Positions 9,840-20,883 of a DNA stretch of 64,000 nt are shown here, piece by piece. Source of the DNA: Vicinamibacterales bacterium. Lineage in GTDB: Bacteria; Acidobacteriota; Vicinamibacteria; Vicinamibacterales; JAMQPK01. Below the pieces are notes generated by a model. The model saw only the letters and a program-made list of their open reading frames with translations, was not told the origin of the DNA and did no database searches. The stretch is taken from positions 28,089-92,088 of the forward strand of contig CAWBEG010000001.1 of assembly GCA_963787755.1 (NCBI GenBank). Reading direction: 5' to 3'. The position numbers were made by a program, and so were the translations under genes. Position 1 is the stretch's first letter; each line of letters begins with the position of its first letter.

Positions 9840-9926
9840 TCACCCGGACACGTCTGCACACATGCCGACGCCGATGGCGTCGAAAGCGGTGCGCGACGAA
9901 CGATACACGTGGGTGAATGCCTGCAT
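9840..9926 (-). CDS. Putative 28-aa leader peptide MQAFTHVYRSSRTAFDAIGVGMCADVSG
   Basis: Manual translation; ATG overlaps the kinase stop (TGATG); its stop region is complementary to the terminator 5' arm. Confidence 0.65.
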   Translation of the reverse strand: MQAFTHVYRSSRTAFDAIGVGMCADVSG

Positions 9927-11291
9927 CAGAGTGAAGTAGGAGAACACAGAGAGGGGTCTGGTGTCAATGCGGGCAGCGAAATGACAAACATCGAACCGAC
10001 ACCCGGCTCGCTTGTACAGGTGATGTCGCCGCCATGCGCCACGAAGACGGTGCGCGCAATCGAGAGACCCAAGCCCGATCCTCCCATCTCGCGCGAGCGC
10101 GCCTTGTCGACCCGAAAGAACCGGTCGAACACGCGCGGCAACGCCTCGCCGGGAATCCCGATCCCCGTGTCAACAACCTCGATGCGCGCCGTCACACCGG
10201 ATTGCCGTGTGGAGATCGTCACGCTGCCGCCGGGCTTGTTGTAGAGAATCGCGTTCGCGATGACGTTGTTCAGCGCTTCGCGCAACTGCTCGGCATCGCC
10301 GTTCACCGTGAACGGATCGCCGCCGACACCCAAACGAATCCCGCGCGCCTGCGCCATGGGCGCGAGCCATGTGACGACATCGTCGATGAGCGTTCGCATG
10401 GCGACCGGTGCGGGGTCTTGTACATCGGGCGCAACTTCGGCGCGAACCAGCGCGAGGAGCCGCTCGACGATATCCTGCATGCGGAGCGCGGCGCGCCGGC
10501 CTACCGTCAGCGCGTCCTTGTACTGTTGAGCGGATCGCTCGCGATCGAGCGCCCACTCCGTCTCGGCGCGGAGCACCGAGATGGGCGTGCGAAGCTCGTG
10601 CGACGCATCGGCGATGAACCGGCGTTCCTGCTCGACCACCAGGCGCAGCCGATCGAACGCGTCATTCAACGTCGAGGCCACTTGCTCGAGCTCGCTCTCG
10701 GTATGTTCGACGGCGATGCGTGCATTCAGATCCCCCTCCGACATCGCTCGCGCTGTCTGGCTGATTCGCTTAATCGGCGCCAGAGCTCGTCCTGCCACGA
10801 ACCACCCGCCGAAGACCGCGACGACGAGCGTCGCGACGCCGGCCAGGAGGACGTTCAGGAACAAGCCCCATTCTGCGCGTCGTAAGTCGGCAATGTCGCG
10901 GCCGACGAGCACGGTCGCACCACCGGCGGCCAGGAGCGCCTTTTCACGGCGTCCTTCCGCAGTGTTGCCCGGGCGCCCAACGTGCAGATCCGGATCTGAT
11001 TGATCGACGAGCTCGCCGCCCGGACCCCAGATGACGTAATACGGCCGTCCTCCCTCGCGCCGGAAGAAGTACGTCGCTGCGTCGGACGGCAGCTCGAGGT
11101 CGAAGCGGCCGCCTTCGACCGGCTTCAGCGCCTTGCTCACTTCACGCGCGTACGCATCGAGCTCGGCATCGACGCCGGCCATCATCGAGCGCCACGATTG
11201 ATAGACGACCGCCCCGCCGTACAGACACGACGACGAGGGTGAGGACCAGTGCGTACCACAACACCAGCCGGACGCGCAGCGAATCACGCAT
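9926..11291 (-). CDS. HAMP-domain sensor histidine kinase (frameshift near 11230)
   Basis: MRDSLRVRLVLWY start; ADASHELRTP, NVIANAILY, DTGIG, FDRFFR, GSGLGL. Confidence 0.92.
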
Positions 11292-11941
11292 TGACAATGT
11301 AGCCCTGCCCCCGGCGCGTGTGGATGACAGTGGGCCCGAGCTTCCGGCGGAGCGCGGCGATATGCACGTCGATGACGTTCGAGAACACGTCGCTCGCCTC
11401 GCTGTAGATGTGCTCGCAGATCGCCGACCGCGTCACGAGGGTGCCGCGATGTCGAACCATCAGCTCGAGAATCGCGTACTCGCGCGCCGTCAAGCTCGAC
11501 CGGCACGTTCTCGCGATACACCAGCCGCGCCGCCCTGTCGATCGTGATATCGCCGACGACGAGCACCGGCGCGGGGTTGCCTCCGGCTCTCCGTACGAGC
11601 GCGCGAAGGCGTGCCACGAGCTCGGAGATGGCGAACGGCTTCGGCAGATAATCGTCGGCGCCAAGGTCGAGCGCCTTGACGCGATCCTCGACGGCGTCGA
11701 GCGCGGTCAGAATCAGAACCGGCGTACGCGCCCCCGATTGCCGCAAATCCTGCAGAAGCGTCCAGCCGCTGCGCTTTGGCACCATCAGGTCGAGCACGAC
11801 CGCATCGTAGGAGACTTCGTCCAGCATGTACTGCGCTTCGTCCCCATCCGCAGCGATATCGACGGCAAAGTGCGACTCGTTGAGCGCACGGCTCAGTGTG
11901 CTGGCCAGATCGGCCTCATCCTCGACGACGAGCACTCTCAT
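11284..11941 (-). CDS. OmpR/PhoB family response regulator (frameshift near 11490 fuses it to the kinase in the ORF track)
   Basis: MRVLVVEDE, LDLM, GADDYLPKPF; alternative frame LTAREYAILE...NVIDVHIAALRRKL...IHTRRGQGY. Confidence 0.92.
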
Positions 11942-12591
11942 GGTTTCTTGATCGCGGCAGGTGGCGTATCCTCGGTTTCATCCTCGATGCGGAAGTCGTC
12001 GAACATGACGGTGGAATCACCGCCGGTCCAAAGCCCGACGCTGGCGCTGGCGCGCGGCAGACGGTCACGCTCGGTGAGGACGCGGATGCCGCCGAGGTAC
12101 ACGCGAATCTCTCCGCGTTCCTGAAAAATCTTCAACGAGTGCCACGCGTCAGGATCGAGCTCGAGATCGTCCTCGCGCTCGATCCGGATGCGATTGCCAT
12201 TGACGACGCGGTACATCGCGAGCTCCTGCTTTGCGAGATCGAGCTGCGCCGAGTAGTGGTTCATTCGATCCTGATATTTCCATACCAGGCCCGCCGTACG
12301 CGCACCGCCGGTCGTCTTGAAACGCACCGACACCTGAACGTCCTGATACTGCGAGCCCGAATAAATGGCAACCGCGAAACTGTCGGCAGGAGATGGCTTC
12401 CCCTCGTGCGCGAGGACGCGCCCTGTGCCCTCGCGCTTGATGATCCACCCCTCGGGCGCGGCGTCGCGCCCGGCTGCCATCGCAAATCCCGCGGGCGGCG
12501 CGCCGATCTTGTCGTCGTCGAACGTGCGCAGGACTACGTTCTGCGCCGCCACGGCAGCCTGGAGGAACATCGCCAGCGCGAGCAGCAACAT
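11938..12591 (-). CDS. Secreted concanavalin/LamG-like (DUF1080-like) beta-sandwich protein
   Basis: Signal peptide; AGLVWKY.D..NHY, WHSLKI, VGLWT, FDDF. Confidence 0.65.
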   Translation of the reverse strand: MLLLALAMFLQAAVAAQNVVLRTFDDDKIGAPPAGFAMAAGRDAAPEGWIIKREGTGRVLAHEGKPSPADSFAVAIYSGSQYQDVQVSVRFKTTGGARTAGLVWKYQDRMNHYSAQLDLAKQELAMYRVVNGNRIRIEREDDLELDPDAWHSLKIFQERGEIRVYLGGIRVLTERDRLPRASASVGLWTGGDSTVMFDDFRIEDETEDTPPAAIKKP

Positions 12592-12616
12592 GCTGATGGA
12601 ATTGTAGCGCCGGCTC

Positions 12617-12665
12617 GTGAAGCTGCCGTGAAGCTTTTCGAGCCGGGACTTCACAGCACCTTCAT
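12617..12665. promoter_or_regulatory. Two inverted pairs of TGAAG-N6-TGAAG direct repeats (OmpR-type operator)
   Basis: gtgaag 12617 and 12628; cttcac 12649 and cttcat 12660; minus-strand TACAAT at 12601-12606. Confidence 0.6.
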
Positions 12666-12730
12666 CTCGCTGCAGTTATAAACATCACAGAACAAAGGGC
12701 GTTTTTCCATGTCTCCAGAGGGCGTGTCGA

Positions 12731-13974
12731 ATGTATTGTCGGCTGTTGATTGGGTTGGTTCTCGCGTGCGTGCTTCCGTCGAGCGTTTTCGCGCAGGACG
12801 CCAACGGCCGGCTGAAAGTGTACCTGGACTGCAACGACTGTTTCGGCGATTACATCCGCGAGGAAGTCAACATGGTGGAGTACGTGCGCGATCCGGCCGA
12901 GGCCGACGTGCATATCATCGTGTCGCAATCGGATACCGGCAGCGGTGGCATCGAGCGCGCGGTCGCGCTGATCGGCATCGGCCGCTTCAAAGGCATGGAC
13001 TTCAAGTCACGCGCTATTTCGCAGAGCGGCGACACAGAAGACACGCAACGGCAGCGGCTCGCGACGGCGATCACCATCGGCCTGCTGAACTATCTCGCGA
13101 GTGAGGGCGTCAAGGGCGGTTTATCGGTCGAAGTCGAGCAGACAGCGCAGCCCGGCCAGGCCGGTCCGGCCACCGATCGGTGGAACTTCTGGGTGATGAG
13201 CCTGCAGGGATCGGTCGCGATGACCGGCGAAGAAAGCAGCCGCGAGCTCGACCTGGAAGCCCAGCTCGGCGCTGATCGCATCACCGACGAGTGGAAGATT
13301 ACGACAGGTTTCGAGATCGAATACCGGCGCGAAGACTTCGATCTCGACGAGGACGAACCGCTGCGTGCCGATCCGGACGCAGCGCGACTTCGACGGCCTC
13401 GTCGCGCGCAGCCTGAACGATCACTGGTCGGCGGGCGGCCGCGCGAGCATCGATTCCTCGACGTTCGACAACATCGCCATCCGGTCGTTCATCGGTCCTG
13501 CAATCGAATACAACCTCTTCCCGTATTCGCAGTACACGCGCAGGCAGTTGCGCTTCGGCTATGCCGTCGGGCCGTACTACGCTCGGTATCGCGAAGAGAC
13601 ACTGCTGTTCACGATGTCCGACAGAATGACCCAGCAGGAGGCGTCAGTCACGATCGATCAGCGCGAGCCGTGGGGATCGTTGCAGGCGGAAGTCGAATAT
13701 TCGACGTTTCTTCCGGATGTCTCGCTCTACCGCATTCAGCTCGAGGGGGACGTCAACGTGCGACTGGCGCGCGGGCTGTCACTGTCCATCGAAGGCAGCA
13801 CGAGCCGCATCCGCGATCAGATTTCGATTCCTCGACGGGGCGTGACGGAGGAGGAAGTGCTGCTGCGCCTTCGCCGTCTGCGCAGCGGCTACGAGTACAA
13901 CCTGCAGATAGGGCTTACGTACACATTCGGGTCGATCTTCAACACGCATCGTCAATCCGCGGTTCGGCCAGTAG
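12731..13974 (+). CDS. Outer-membrane beta-barrel protein (frameshifts near 13370 and 13945)
   Basis: Signal peptide, N-terminal YLDCNDC domain, barrel strands, reconstructed C-terminus YTFGSIFN.IVNPRFGQ*. Confidence 0.7.
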
Positions 13975-14037
13975 GATCGGTCGACGGTCCCTGGTCTGCT
14001 CATCGTCGATGGTCGCGTCTCGATACATGCCCGTTTA

Positions 14038-14105
14038 AGACCATCGACCATGGACCATGACAGACCATCGCCCATCGACCCACGACCATAGCCCATCGAC
14101 CACGT
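14038..14105. repeat. Heptamer tandem repeat (GACCATC-like)
   Basis: gaccatc gaccatg gaccatg ... gcccatc gacccac gaccata gcccatc gaccacg. Confidence 0.8.
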
Positions 14106-14148
14106 CGAATGGAACGCCTCCTGCATTCGATGCGGCGGAGGTGTTCGC

Positions 14149-14410
14149 ATGTTCGGCATTCTCGGATGGATTGTTTTTGGTCTTATCGTCGGCGTGATCG
14201 CCAAGCTCTTGATGCCCGGGAGGGATCCCGGCGGCATCATCGTGACGATGCTGCTCGGCATCGTAGGCGCCGTCCTGGGCGGGTACGCCGGTCGCGCGCT
14301 GGGGCTGTACGGGCCGGCCGACAGCGCCGGCATCTTCATGTCGATCTTCGGCGCGATCGCCGTGCTGCTCGTCTATCGGCTGGCAGTCGGGCAGGCGACG
14401 GACGATCTGA
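14149..14410 (+). CDS. GlsB/YeaQ/YmgE (transglycosylase-associated) membrane protein
   Basis: WIVFGLIVGVIAKLLMPGRDPGG...LGIVGAVLGG; likely stop at 14410 via a frameshift (ORF track reads on to 14505). Confidence 0.85.
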
Positions 14411-14516
14411 TCGCGGTGCGATCGGGTGCAGATGCGGGTACTAGGTGCAGATTCGGGATCGAGTCGCACGAACCTGAACCCGAATCGCACCCAGATCGCA
14501 CCTAGTACCCTGGTTC

Positions 14517-15777
14517 TCATCCCCACCACGTTTCCCCCGCCGCGAGGTGCGCTTTCACGACATCGGGATTCAGCGTGATGCCCAATCCCGGCTTAGCGCT
14601 GACCTGGATGAACCCGTCCTTGATGTACGGGCCGTCGAGCATCAGCACCTGATCCATCCAGCCGCCTTCACCGGTCACCGTTTCGCACGACATGTAATCG
14701 CGAATCGACGCGGCCCACTGACACGTCGCATACGTGTTCACCTGGCTGCCGGTGTTGTGGGTCGCCATCGGGATGCCGTAAGATGTGCGCGAGATCGGCG
14801 ATGCGCTTGGTCTCGAGGAAGCCGCCCGAGTTGCGCAGATCGGGATGCAGAATATCGGCGCCGCCGTTGATGATGAAGTCCTTGAACCCTTCGCGTCGCG
14901 CGAGGTTCTCGCCCATGCAGATGGGCACTTTCGTGCTCTCGCACAACCGCCTCCACGAATCGGTGTAGTCGACCGGCAGCGGATCTTCGAGGTAGAGCGG
15001 CTTGATCGATTCGACCGCGTCCGCGATTTGTATCGACGTGCGCAGGTCGTATTCCCAGTGGCAGTGGACCATGATGTCGTGGTCCCACCCGATCGCTTCG
15101 CGGCAGTTCTCGAACCCCTGCTGGATGTTGATCAGCTCTCTGGTCGACAGCATGCGATTCGAGGGATCGCGGCCGGGATCCGACGTCAGGCTCGTGTGCG
15201 GAAACCCGAATTTGTGGGAGGTGAAGCCGCTCGGGTGCGCCTTCACTCGTGCCGCCCATTCCCGGCACGACGCTTTGTCGAGCATGTTCTTCGGCGCCGC
15301 GTGATCGTACACGCGCACGCGATCGCGGAATTTTCCGCCGAGGAGCGTCGATGTCGGCACGTCGAGGATCTTGCCGGCGAGATCCCAGAGGGCCATTTCG
15401 ATGCCGCTGACTGCGCGGATGAGGTTGTGCGCCGACCCATCGGTGCGCGTCCCGCTCAGGTTCCGCGTGCCCTCGCCCATCGTCACGTACAGCGTGTCAA
15501 TCTCGAGCGGATCCTTTCCGACGAGCCAGGGCTTCAGCGACAGCACCTGTTCCTTCACGCCGACGCCTGGACTTCCGTAGGCTTCCGCAATGCCGAACAG
15601 TCCATCATCAGCGGTGATCTTCACGAGCGTGTAGGTGCGCCCACCTTCGAGCATCATCACCTGCACGTCGCGAATCTTGACGCGCTTGCGCTGCGCCGCG
15701 GCAAGCTCGTGGAACTGCAGCAGGAAAGGAAGCGCGGCCGTGTAGCCGAGAAACTCGCGGCGAGAAAGCGGAGCCAT
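14517..15777 (-). CDS. Tat-exported mandelate racemase/muconate lactonizing family dehydratase (frameshift near 14780)
   Basis: SRREFLG; SGIEMALWDLAGK, LLGGKFRDRVRVY, YLEDP, MGEN, HPD, KPGLG. Confidence 0.88.
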
Positions 15778-16008
15778 GCGGACCTCCTCTGAGTGAGGGC
15801 TAAGGGCTAAGGGCTAGATTTGAGGGGTTTAGGGTTCAGGTCGGCGACCTCAGGCTAGCACAACTGAGGGTGGCAGAAATGGCCGACGTTGATTCCTCGA
15901 TGTGGCGCATCACGAAAATTCAATCGGCACCAACGTCGCAACTGACTCATTCCCAGTCGTGAAAATACTCCCGCGCGGTTGGTGTGTGGTTTGAAGCTGA
16001 TCGTGGCT

Positions 16009-16383
16009 ATGAGTGAGTCGCTGATTTGCACATCGCGCGTTTGAGTTCGGATGTCGCATCATGTCACTCGCGGAAAAACTATGGGAGCGCGGGCCAGCGG
16101 CGCTGCATATCGGGTCAGAGTTGATGCGTTGCGGACCGTCCGTCGGTGCCAATGGCAGAGCCGAAGCGCAGGAGTGGCCAGACGAAAGCAGAACTTCATC
16201 AGCGAAGCTGGCCATCTCGTCGAAAGGAGTCGCGACGAGAGTCGCTACTGGCTCAGGGTTGCAATCCGATTGAAGAAGCGTGACGAAAGAGCAGATTGCG
16301 TGGGAACTCACACGAAGCCGGTGAACTGAGAGGCCATGATCGTTGCGGCAATAAAAACGGCGCAGGGTTCTCTCATCGCATAA
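16009..16383 (+). pseudogene. Four-helix-bundle (23S rRNA IVS-protein/Avd-like) gene with many frameshifts
   Basis: Pieces across frames: RAFEFGCRI, SELMRCGPSVGAN, EAQ, KLAIS.K, ESRYWLRV, EL.AMI; heptamer repeats upstream at 15795-15835. Confidence 0.65.
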
Positions 16384-16420
16384 GCGAGTTCTTATGACAA
16401 GCTTTAATTCTCCTAATCTC

Positions 16421-16993
16421 CTACGCTCCTGTTAGATCTTTCTGCCTTTGACAGCTTGTTCGATGCTCTTCGCTCACTTCATCCAGCGGCCGATTTCCAT
16501 CGAGAATCGCGACCACACTGCGGCGCCGGTAGTACTCGAGCACCGGTTCCGTCTCGCGCGAGTAGACCGCAAGGCGTTCCTTGATGACAAATGCCTCATC
16601 ATCTTCACGCCCGCGGCCGGCGAGGCGGCGGATCACTTCGTCGGCGTGCACGACCAGCGCGATCACGCTGAGGCCGCCTCGATCGATGAGCAGCGCGTCG
16701 AGCGCGGCGGCCTGCGGAATCGTGCGCGGGAAGCCGTCGAGCACGAACCCGTTCGCCGTGTCGGGCTGCTCGAGCCGCTCGGCCACTATCGGGATGATGA
16801 GATCGTCGCCGACGAGCGCTCCGCGCTGCAGCGTGTCGCGCACGATCGCGCCGACGCGTGTCCCGTCCTGAATCGCTTTCCGCAGCATGTCGCCGGTGGA
16901 GATTTTGGGAATGCGGTGCCGCGCGGCAAAGCGGTCGGCCTGCGTGCCCTTGCCCGCGCCAGGAGGCCCGAAGAACACGAGGTTGAGCGGCAC
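16421..16993 (-). CDS. adk: Adenylate kinase, short form lacking the LID domain
   Basis: GPPGAGKGTQA, ISTGDMLR, GFVLDGFPRT..QA, RGREDD. Confidence 0.92.
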   Translation of the reverse strand: MPLNLVFFGPPGAGKGTQADRFAARHRIPKISTGDMLRKAIQDGTRVGAIVRDTLQRGALVGDDLIIPIVAERLEQPDTANGFVLDGFPRTIPQAAALDALLIDRGGLSVIALVVHADEVIRRLAGRGREDDEAFVIKERLAVYSRETEPVLEYYRRRSVVAILDGNRPLDEVSEEHRTSCQRQKDLTGA

Positions 16994-17154
16994 AGGGGCT
17001 AATGCAGTTCGACGCGCAACCCGAGGCTGCGGGAGGCCGGTCGGACGACACGACGGGCTGGCACGCCACTGAAAGTAATCCTGCCTCGTGAATTAGACAA
17101 TTGAATTGTTCTTATTTCAGTAATTAGGGAAAATGATAACAAATCTGTCGCCCC

Positions 17155-18036
17155 ATGATCCACGACCTGCGCCATATTCGTGCATTTCTCGCCCTCGCCC
17201 GCGCCGGCAGCTTCACGCGCGCCGCGGTCGAGCTGCACATGTCGCAGCCCACGCTCACGGTACAGATTCAGCAGCTCGAGTCCGCCGTCGGCGTGAAGCT
17301 GTTCGACCGCAATAAGCGGCACGTCGCGCTCACACAGGCCGGCCGCGATCTGCTCGTGCCGCTCGAGCGCATCCTCATCGACGTCGAAGCGATCGCCGCG
17401 AGCACGACGAGCTGCTCGCGCACCGGCGCGGCCTCGTCACGGTCGCCGCCCTGCCATCGGTGGCCGCCGGTCTGCTGCCGCGCGCCATTCGCAAGCTGTC
17501 CGAGTCGTATCCCGGCATCACCGTCCGCGTCTTCGACGGCGTCGCCTCGACGGTCGCCGCGATGGTCAAGGCGGGACAGGTGGATTTCGGCATCAGCAGC
17601 CAGACGTACGGCGACCGCGAGCTGACGAGTCACGTGCTGAGCATGGACCGCCTGTGCGCCGTCGTCGCCACCGATCACGCGCTCGCGAAAAAGCGGAGCA
17701 TGACGCTGCTCGAGCTCGCCAGGCACCCGTTGATTCTGATGTTGAAGGACAGCAGCAGCCGGCAGATCGTCGATCTTGCATTCAATCGCGAGGGGCTCGT
17801 CAGCAATGTCGCGTACGAAAGCGACGTACGGCACCACGGTCGCCGGACTGGCCCAGGCTGGTCTCGGCGTCGGCATACTGCCCGAGTCGATGGTGGGTCA
17901 TATTCGCCTCCATCAACTGCGTATCCGCGGAGAGGCGCTGACCCGGCGCATCAGCGTCATCATGCGCGCCGGGCGATCGCTCTCGCCCACGGCCGGCAAG
18001 CTCCGGCAGATGCTCGAGACCGTCGCACAAGCGTAA
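17155..18036 (+). CDS. LysR family transcriptional regulator (two frameshifts)
   Basis: [25 protein letters not shown]...LFDR..RHVALT.AG; substrate-binding domain in other frames ([15 protein letters not shown]). Confidence 0.9.
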
Positions 18037-18077
18037 AGTGGCAATCGGGTTGCATTGAAGGCGGGCTGGAGGTTCAG

Positions 18078-18255
18078 ATGCTTCTTTCCGCGTTTTCGCG
18101 CCTGTTTCTTGTCCTGCTGGCGGGCATTGCGCTGTCCGGGTGCGAGCTGGCCGAGGGTATCTTCAAGGCGGGCATGGCATTCGGCGTGTTCATCGTCATC
18201 GCAGTCGTCGCGTTGGTAATTTTCCTGGTGAGCAAAGTGCCGCAGCCGGATCTGA
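18078..18255 (+). CDS. Small lipoprotein-like membrane protein
   Basis: MLLSAFSRLFLVLLAGIALSGCELAEGIFKAGMAFGVFIVIAVV: lipobox LSGC plus one TM helix; end reconstructed. Confidence 0.6.
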
Positions 18256-18282
18256 AGGCGGGTTACCATAGAACCAGCCCAC

Positions 18283-19048
18283 ATGAGAGCTGGTTCTTTC
18301 GCCGCCTTCGCGCCGCTGATGCTGCTCGCGGGTGTATCCCTGGCTGGCGCGCAACGGCTGCCACCCCGGCCGCCACCGCAGCCGCCGCCGACTACACAGC
18401 TTCCTCCCGCTCCGGCGGCCCTGAGCGTACCGGACCCGTTCGCAGGATTTCATCCGGGGCCGCGCGATCTGTATCGATCGCCGGACGGATCGGATCGATT
18501 TCAACATCTCAGTCAGTATCCTGCGCCGCCGCCAATCGTGCCAGGTTGGGGCGGCGTCTATTTTCCCGGTCCCTACTACTACCCGTAGCTCCGTGACCTA
18601 CGAGACGTCTCTGGCGGAGACGTATCGGATGACGATGGCGGAAACCTATCGGCGACGCCAGCGCGAAGCCGAGCGTGGCGGCCTGGTGTTGCAGACGGTG
18701 CCCGACAATGCGCAGGTCTTCGTCGATGGATCTTACGTTGGGCTCGCCGAGGAGTTCGGACTGGGCGGACGAGCGATCAATTTGAACGCCGGCGCGCACC
18801 ACGTCGAGGTGCGCGCGACGGGATACGAAACGCTCACGTTCAGCGTCGCGATCGAACCGAACAGCATCGTTCGCTATCGGGGCGAGATGCAGCCGATCGC
18901 GGTGAAGCCGGCTGCCGCCACCGCGCCGCCCCAGCCGGCCGCCGTGAAAAGCTTCTACGTGATCCCCAACTGCTACGCCGGCGACAAGCCGCCCTCAGGA
19001 ACGCTCCCCAAGGGTTGCGATCTGAAAAAACTTCAGACGCGTAAGTAG
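18283..19048 (+). CDS. Secreted PEGA-domain protein (frameshift near 18588)
   Basis: Signal peptide and Pro-rich region, then P.NAQVFVDG.YVG...LNAGAHHVEVRATGYE. Confidence 0.75.
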
Positions 19049-19064
19049 CCAGTCTTTTTCTATC

Positions 19065-19212
19065 TCGACACAGAGGCACGGAGACACAGAGGTCGGATCG
19101 CAGAGAATGCATTTCTCGGTTTGCGGGCGTTAGTCGGGCTCCGCCGTCCGCGTCGAATCGACGTCACGTCTGCGTCTCTGGCGCCGGAATTTTCTCTGTG
19201 CCTCTGTGTCGA
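19065..19212. repeat. REP-like inverted repeat (ACAGAGGCAC family)
   Basis: tcgacacagaggcac ... gtgcctctgtgtcga between convergent genes. Confidence 0.7.
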
Positions 19213-19220
19213 AACGCCTG

Positions 19221-20883
19221 TCACTCCCGCAGCTTGTACACAAACAGCGCACTGCCCGCGGCGATGGCGATGTGCTGCTTGCCGTTCACTGCGTAGCTCA
19301 TCGGTCCCGAGCGGACGACCGAACCGAGTTGCGTTTTCCACAGCAGGTTCCCGGTTCGTGCGTCAAGCGCGAAGAAGTAGCCCTCTCCGCTTCCGCTGAA
19401 CAGCACGTTCGACGCCGTCGTCATGACGCCCGCCCACGTGAGGTCGCTCATCTTGAACTCCCATCGCAGGGCGCCGGTGTTCGGGTCGATGGCGCGCACG
19501 GCGCCGTAGCCTTCCTCCTCCTTCGCCCAGCTGTAGCCGCCCTGACCGGTTCTGATGCCCGGCACCGGTGCTCGCCCTCCCCCGCCGGCAAAGCGGCGCC
19601 CTTCGACGTACTCGACTTTGTCTCTGACGTAGAGACTGCTGTAATTCGCCCACGTCGGAATGTAGAACAGGCCGGTGCGCGGACTATACGACGGTGAGTA
19701 CCAGTTGGTGCCGCCTTGATTGCCTGGAAAGATCAGCGTTCCAGGCGGCGCGCTCGGCGCTTTACCTGCGATGCGAATCGGCCGGCCGCTCTTCGGATCG
19801 AGGCCGGATGCCCAGTTCACTTCGACGAACGGCTTGCCCGACAGGAACTGTCCTGTGCACGCGATCGAGGACGTAGAAATAGCCGTTGCGGTTGGCAAAG
19901 TACATCAGCTTGCGCGGCTGCCCCTGCCATTGCGCATCCGCGAGCACGGGGATTTGCACGGCGTCGTAGTCGAACTCGTCGTGCGGCGAAAACTGGAAAT
20001 GCCATTTCAGCTTTCCGGTGTCGGCGTCGAGCGCCACCACGCTGTTGCTGTAGAGGTTGTCCCCTTCGCGGTTATCGCCGTTCCAGTCCGGCCCAGGATT
20101 TCCAACGCCCCAATAGGTGAGGTTCAACTCGGGATCATAGGAACCGGTCAGCCAGATCGAGGCGCCGCCGGTTTTCCACGAGTCCCCCTGCCACGTCTCG
20201 AATCCAGGCTCGCCGGGACCGGGCACGAGGTTGAATCGCCACGCTTCGTTACCCGTCGCAACGTCGAACGCCGCGAGGAAACCGCGGATGCCGAATTCGC
20301 CACCGGCCGGCCCCATAATCACTTTGTCTTTGATGACGAGCGGCGCCGATGCGAACGCATAACCCGCTTCGGGTCTCACAACCGTCTTATCCCAGAGCAA
20401 CTTTCCGGTTTTCGCATCGACGGCGACCATGTGGCCGTCGATCGTGCCCATGAACAGCCGGTCTCCGTGAATCGCCACGCCGCGATTCAGCCGGCCGCAG
20501 CAGGGGCGCGCCTGCGGCGACGGGTTGTAGGAATACGTCCAGTACGGACGGCCAGTGACCGCGTCGAGCGCGATGATGTCGTTGGGCGGCTGGACGATGT
20601 ACATCACGCCGTCGACGACGACGGGCGTCACTTCGAAGCGCGTGCTGGTCGGCTCGCGCGACGTCAGCTGGTAGATCCACGCAGGCTCCAGGTTCTTGAC
20701 GTTGTCGGGCGTAATCTGCGCGAGCTCGCTGTAACGCTGACTGAAGTAGCCGCCCGAGTACGACAGCCAGTTGTGCGGCTCCTGCGAGGCGCGCACGAGA
20801 CGATCGAACGTGACCTGTCCTTGCGCCTGCAAGGAGACCACCACGAACAAGGCAACCACGAAAGCACGAAGCACAAACCTCAT
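19221..20883 (-). CDS. PQQ-dependent dehydrogenase, methanol/ethanol family (frameshift near 19860)
   Basis: Signal peptide, QRYSELAQITPDNV, vicinal PCCG, YWGVGNP, PHDEFDYD, GGTNW, tryptophan docking repeats. Confidence 0.92.

Noticed and set aside
9926-11941. Apparent 671-aa response regulator-kinase fusion
   Set aside because: Produced by two frameshifts; the regulator's wHTH and the kinase N-terminus appear intact in other frames
14038-14105. CRISPR array
   Set aside because: Heptamer units without unique spacers, and no cas genes nearby
16009-16383. Diversity-generating retroelement (Avd-like gene)
   Set aside because: No reverse transcriptase or TR/VR repeat pair seen in the window
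18580-18595. TAG read-through (pyrrolysine) in the PEGA gene
   Set aside because: The downstream part is in a different frame, so an indel explains it
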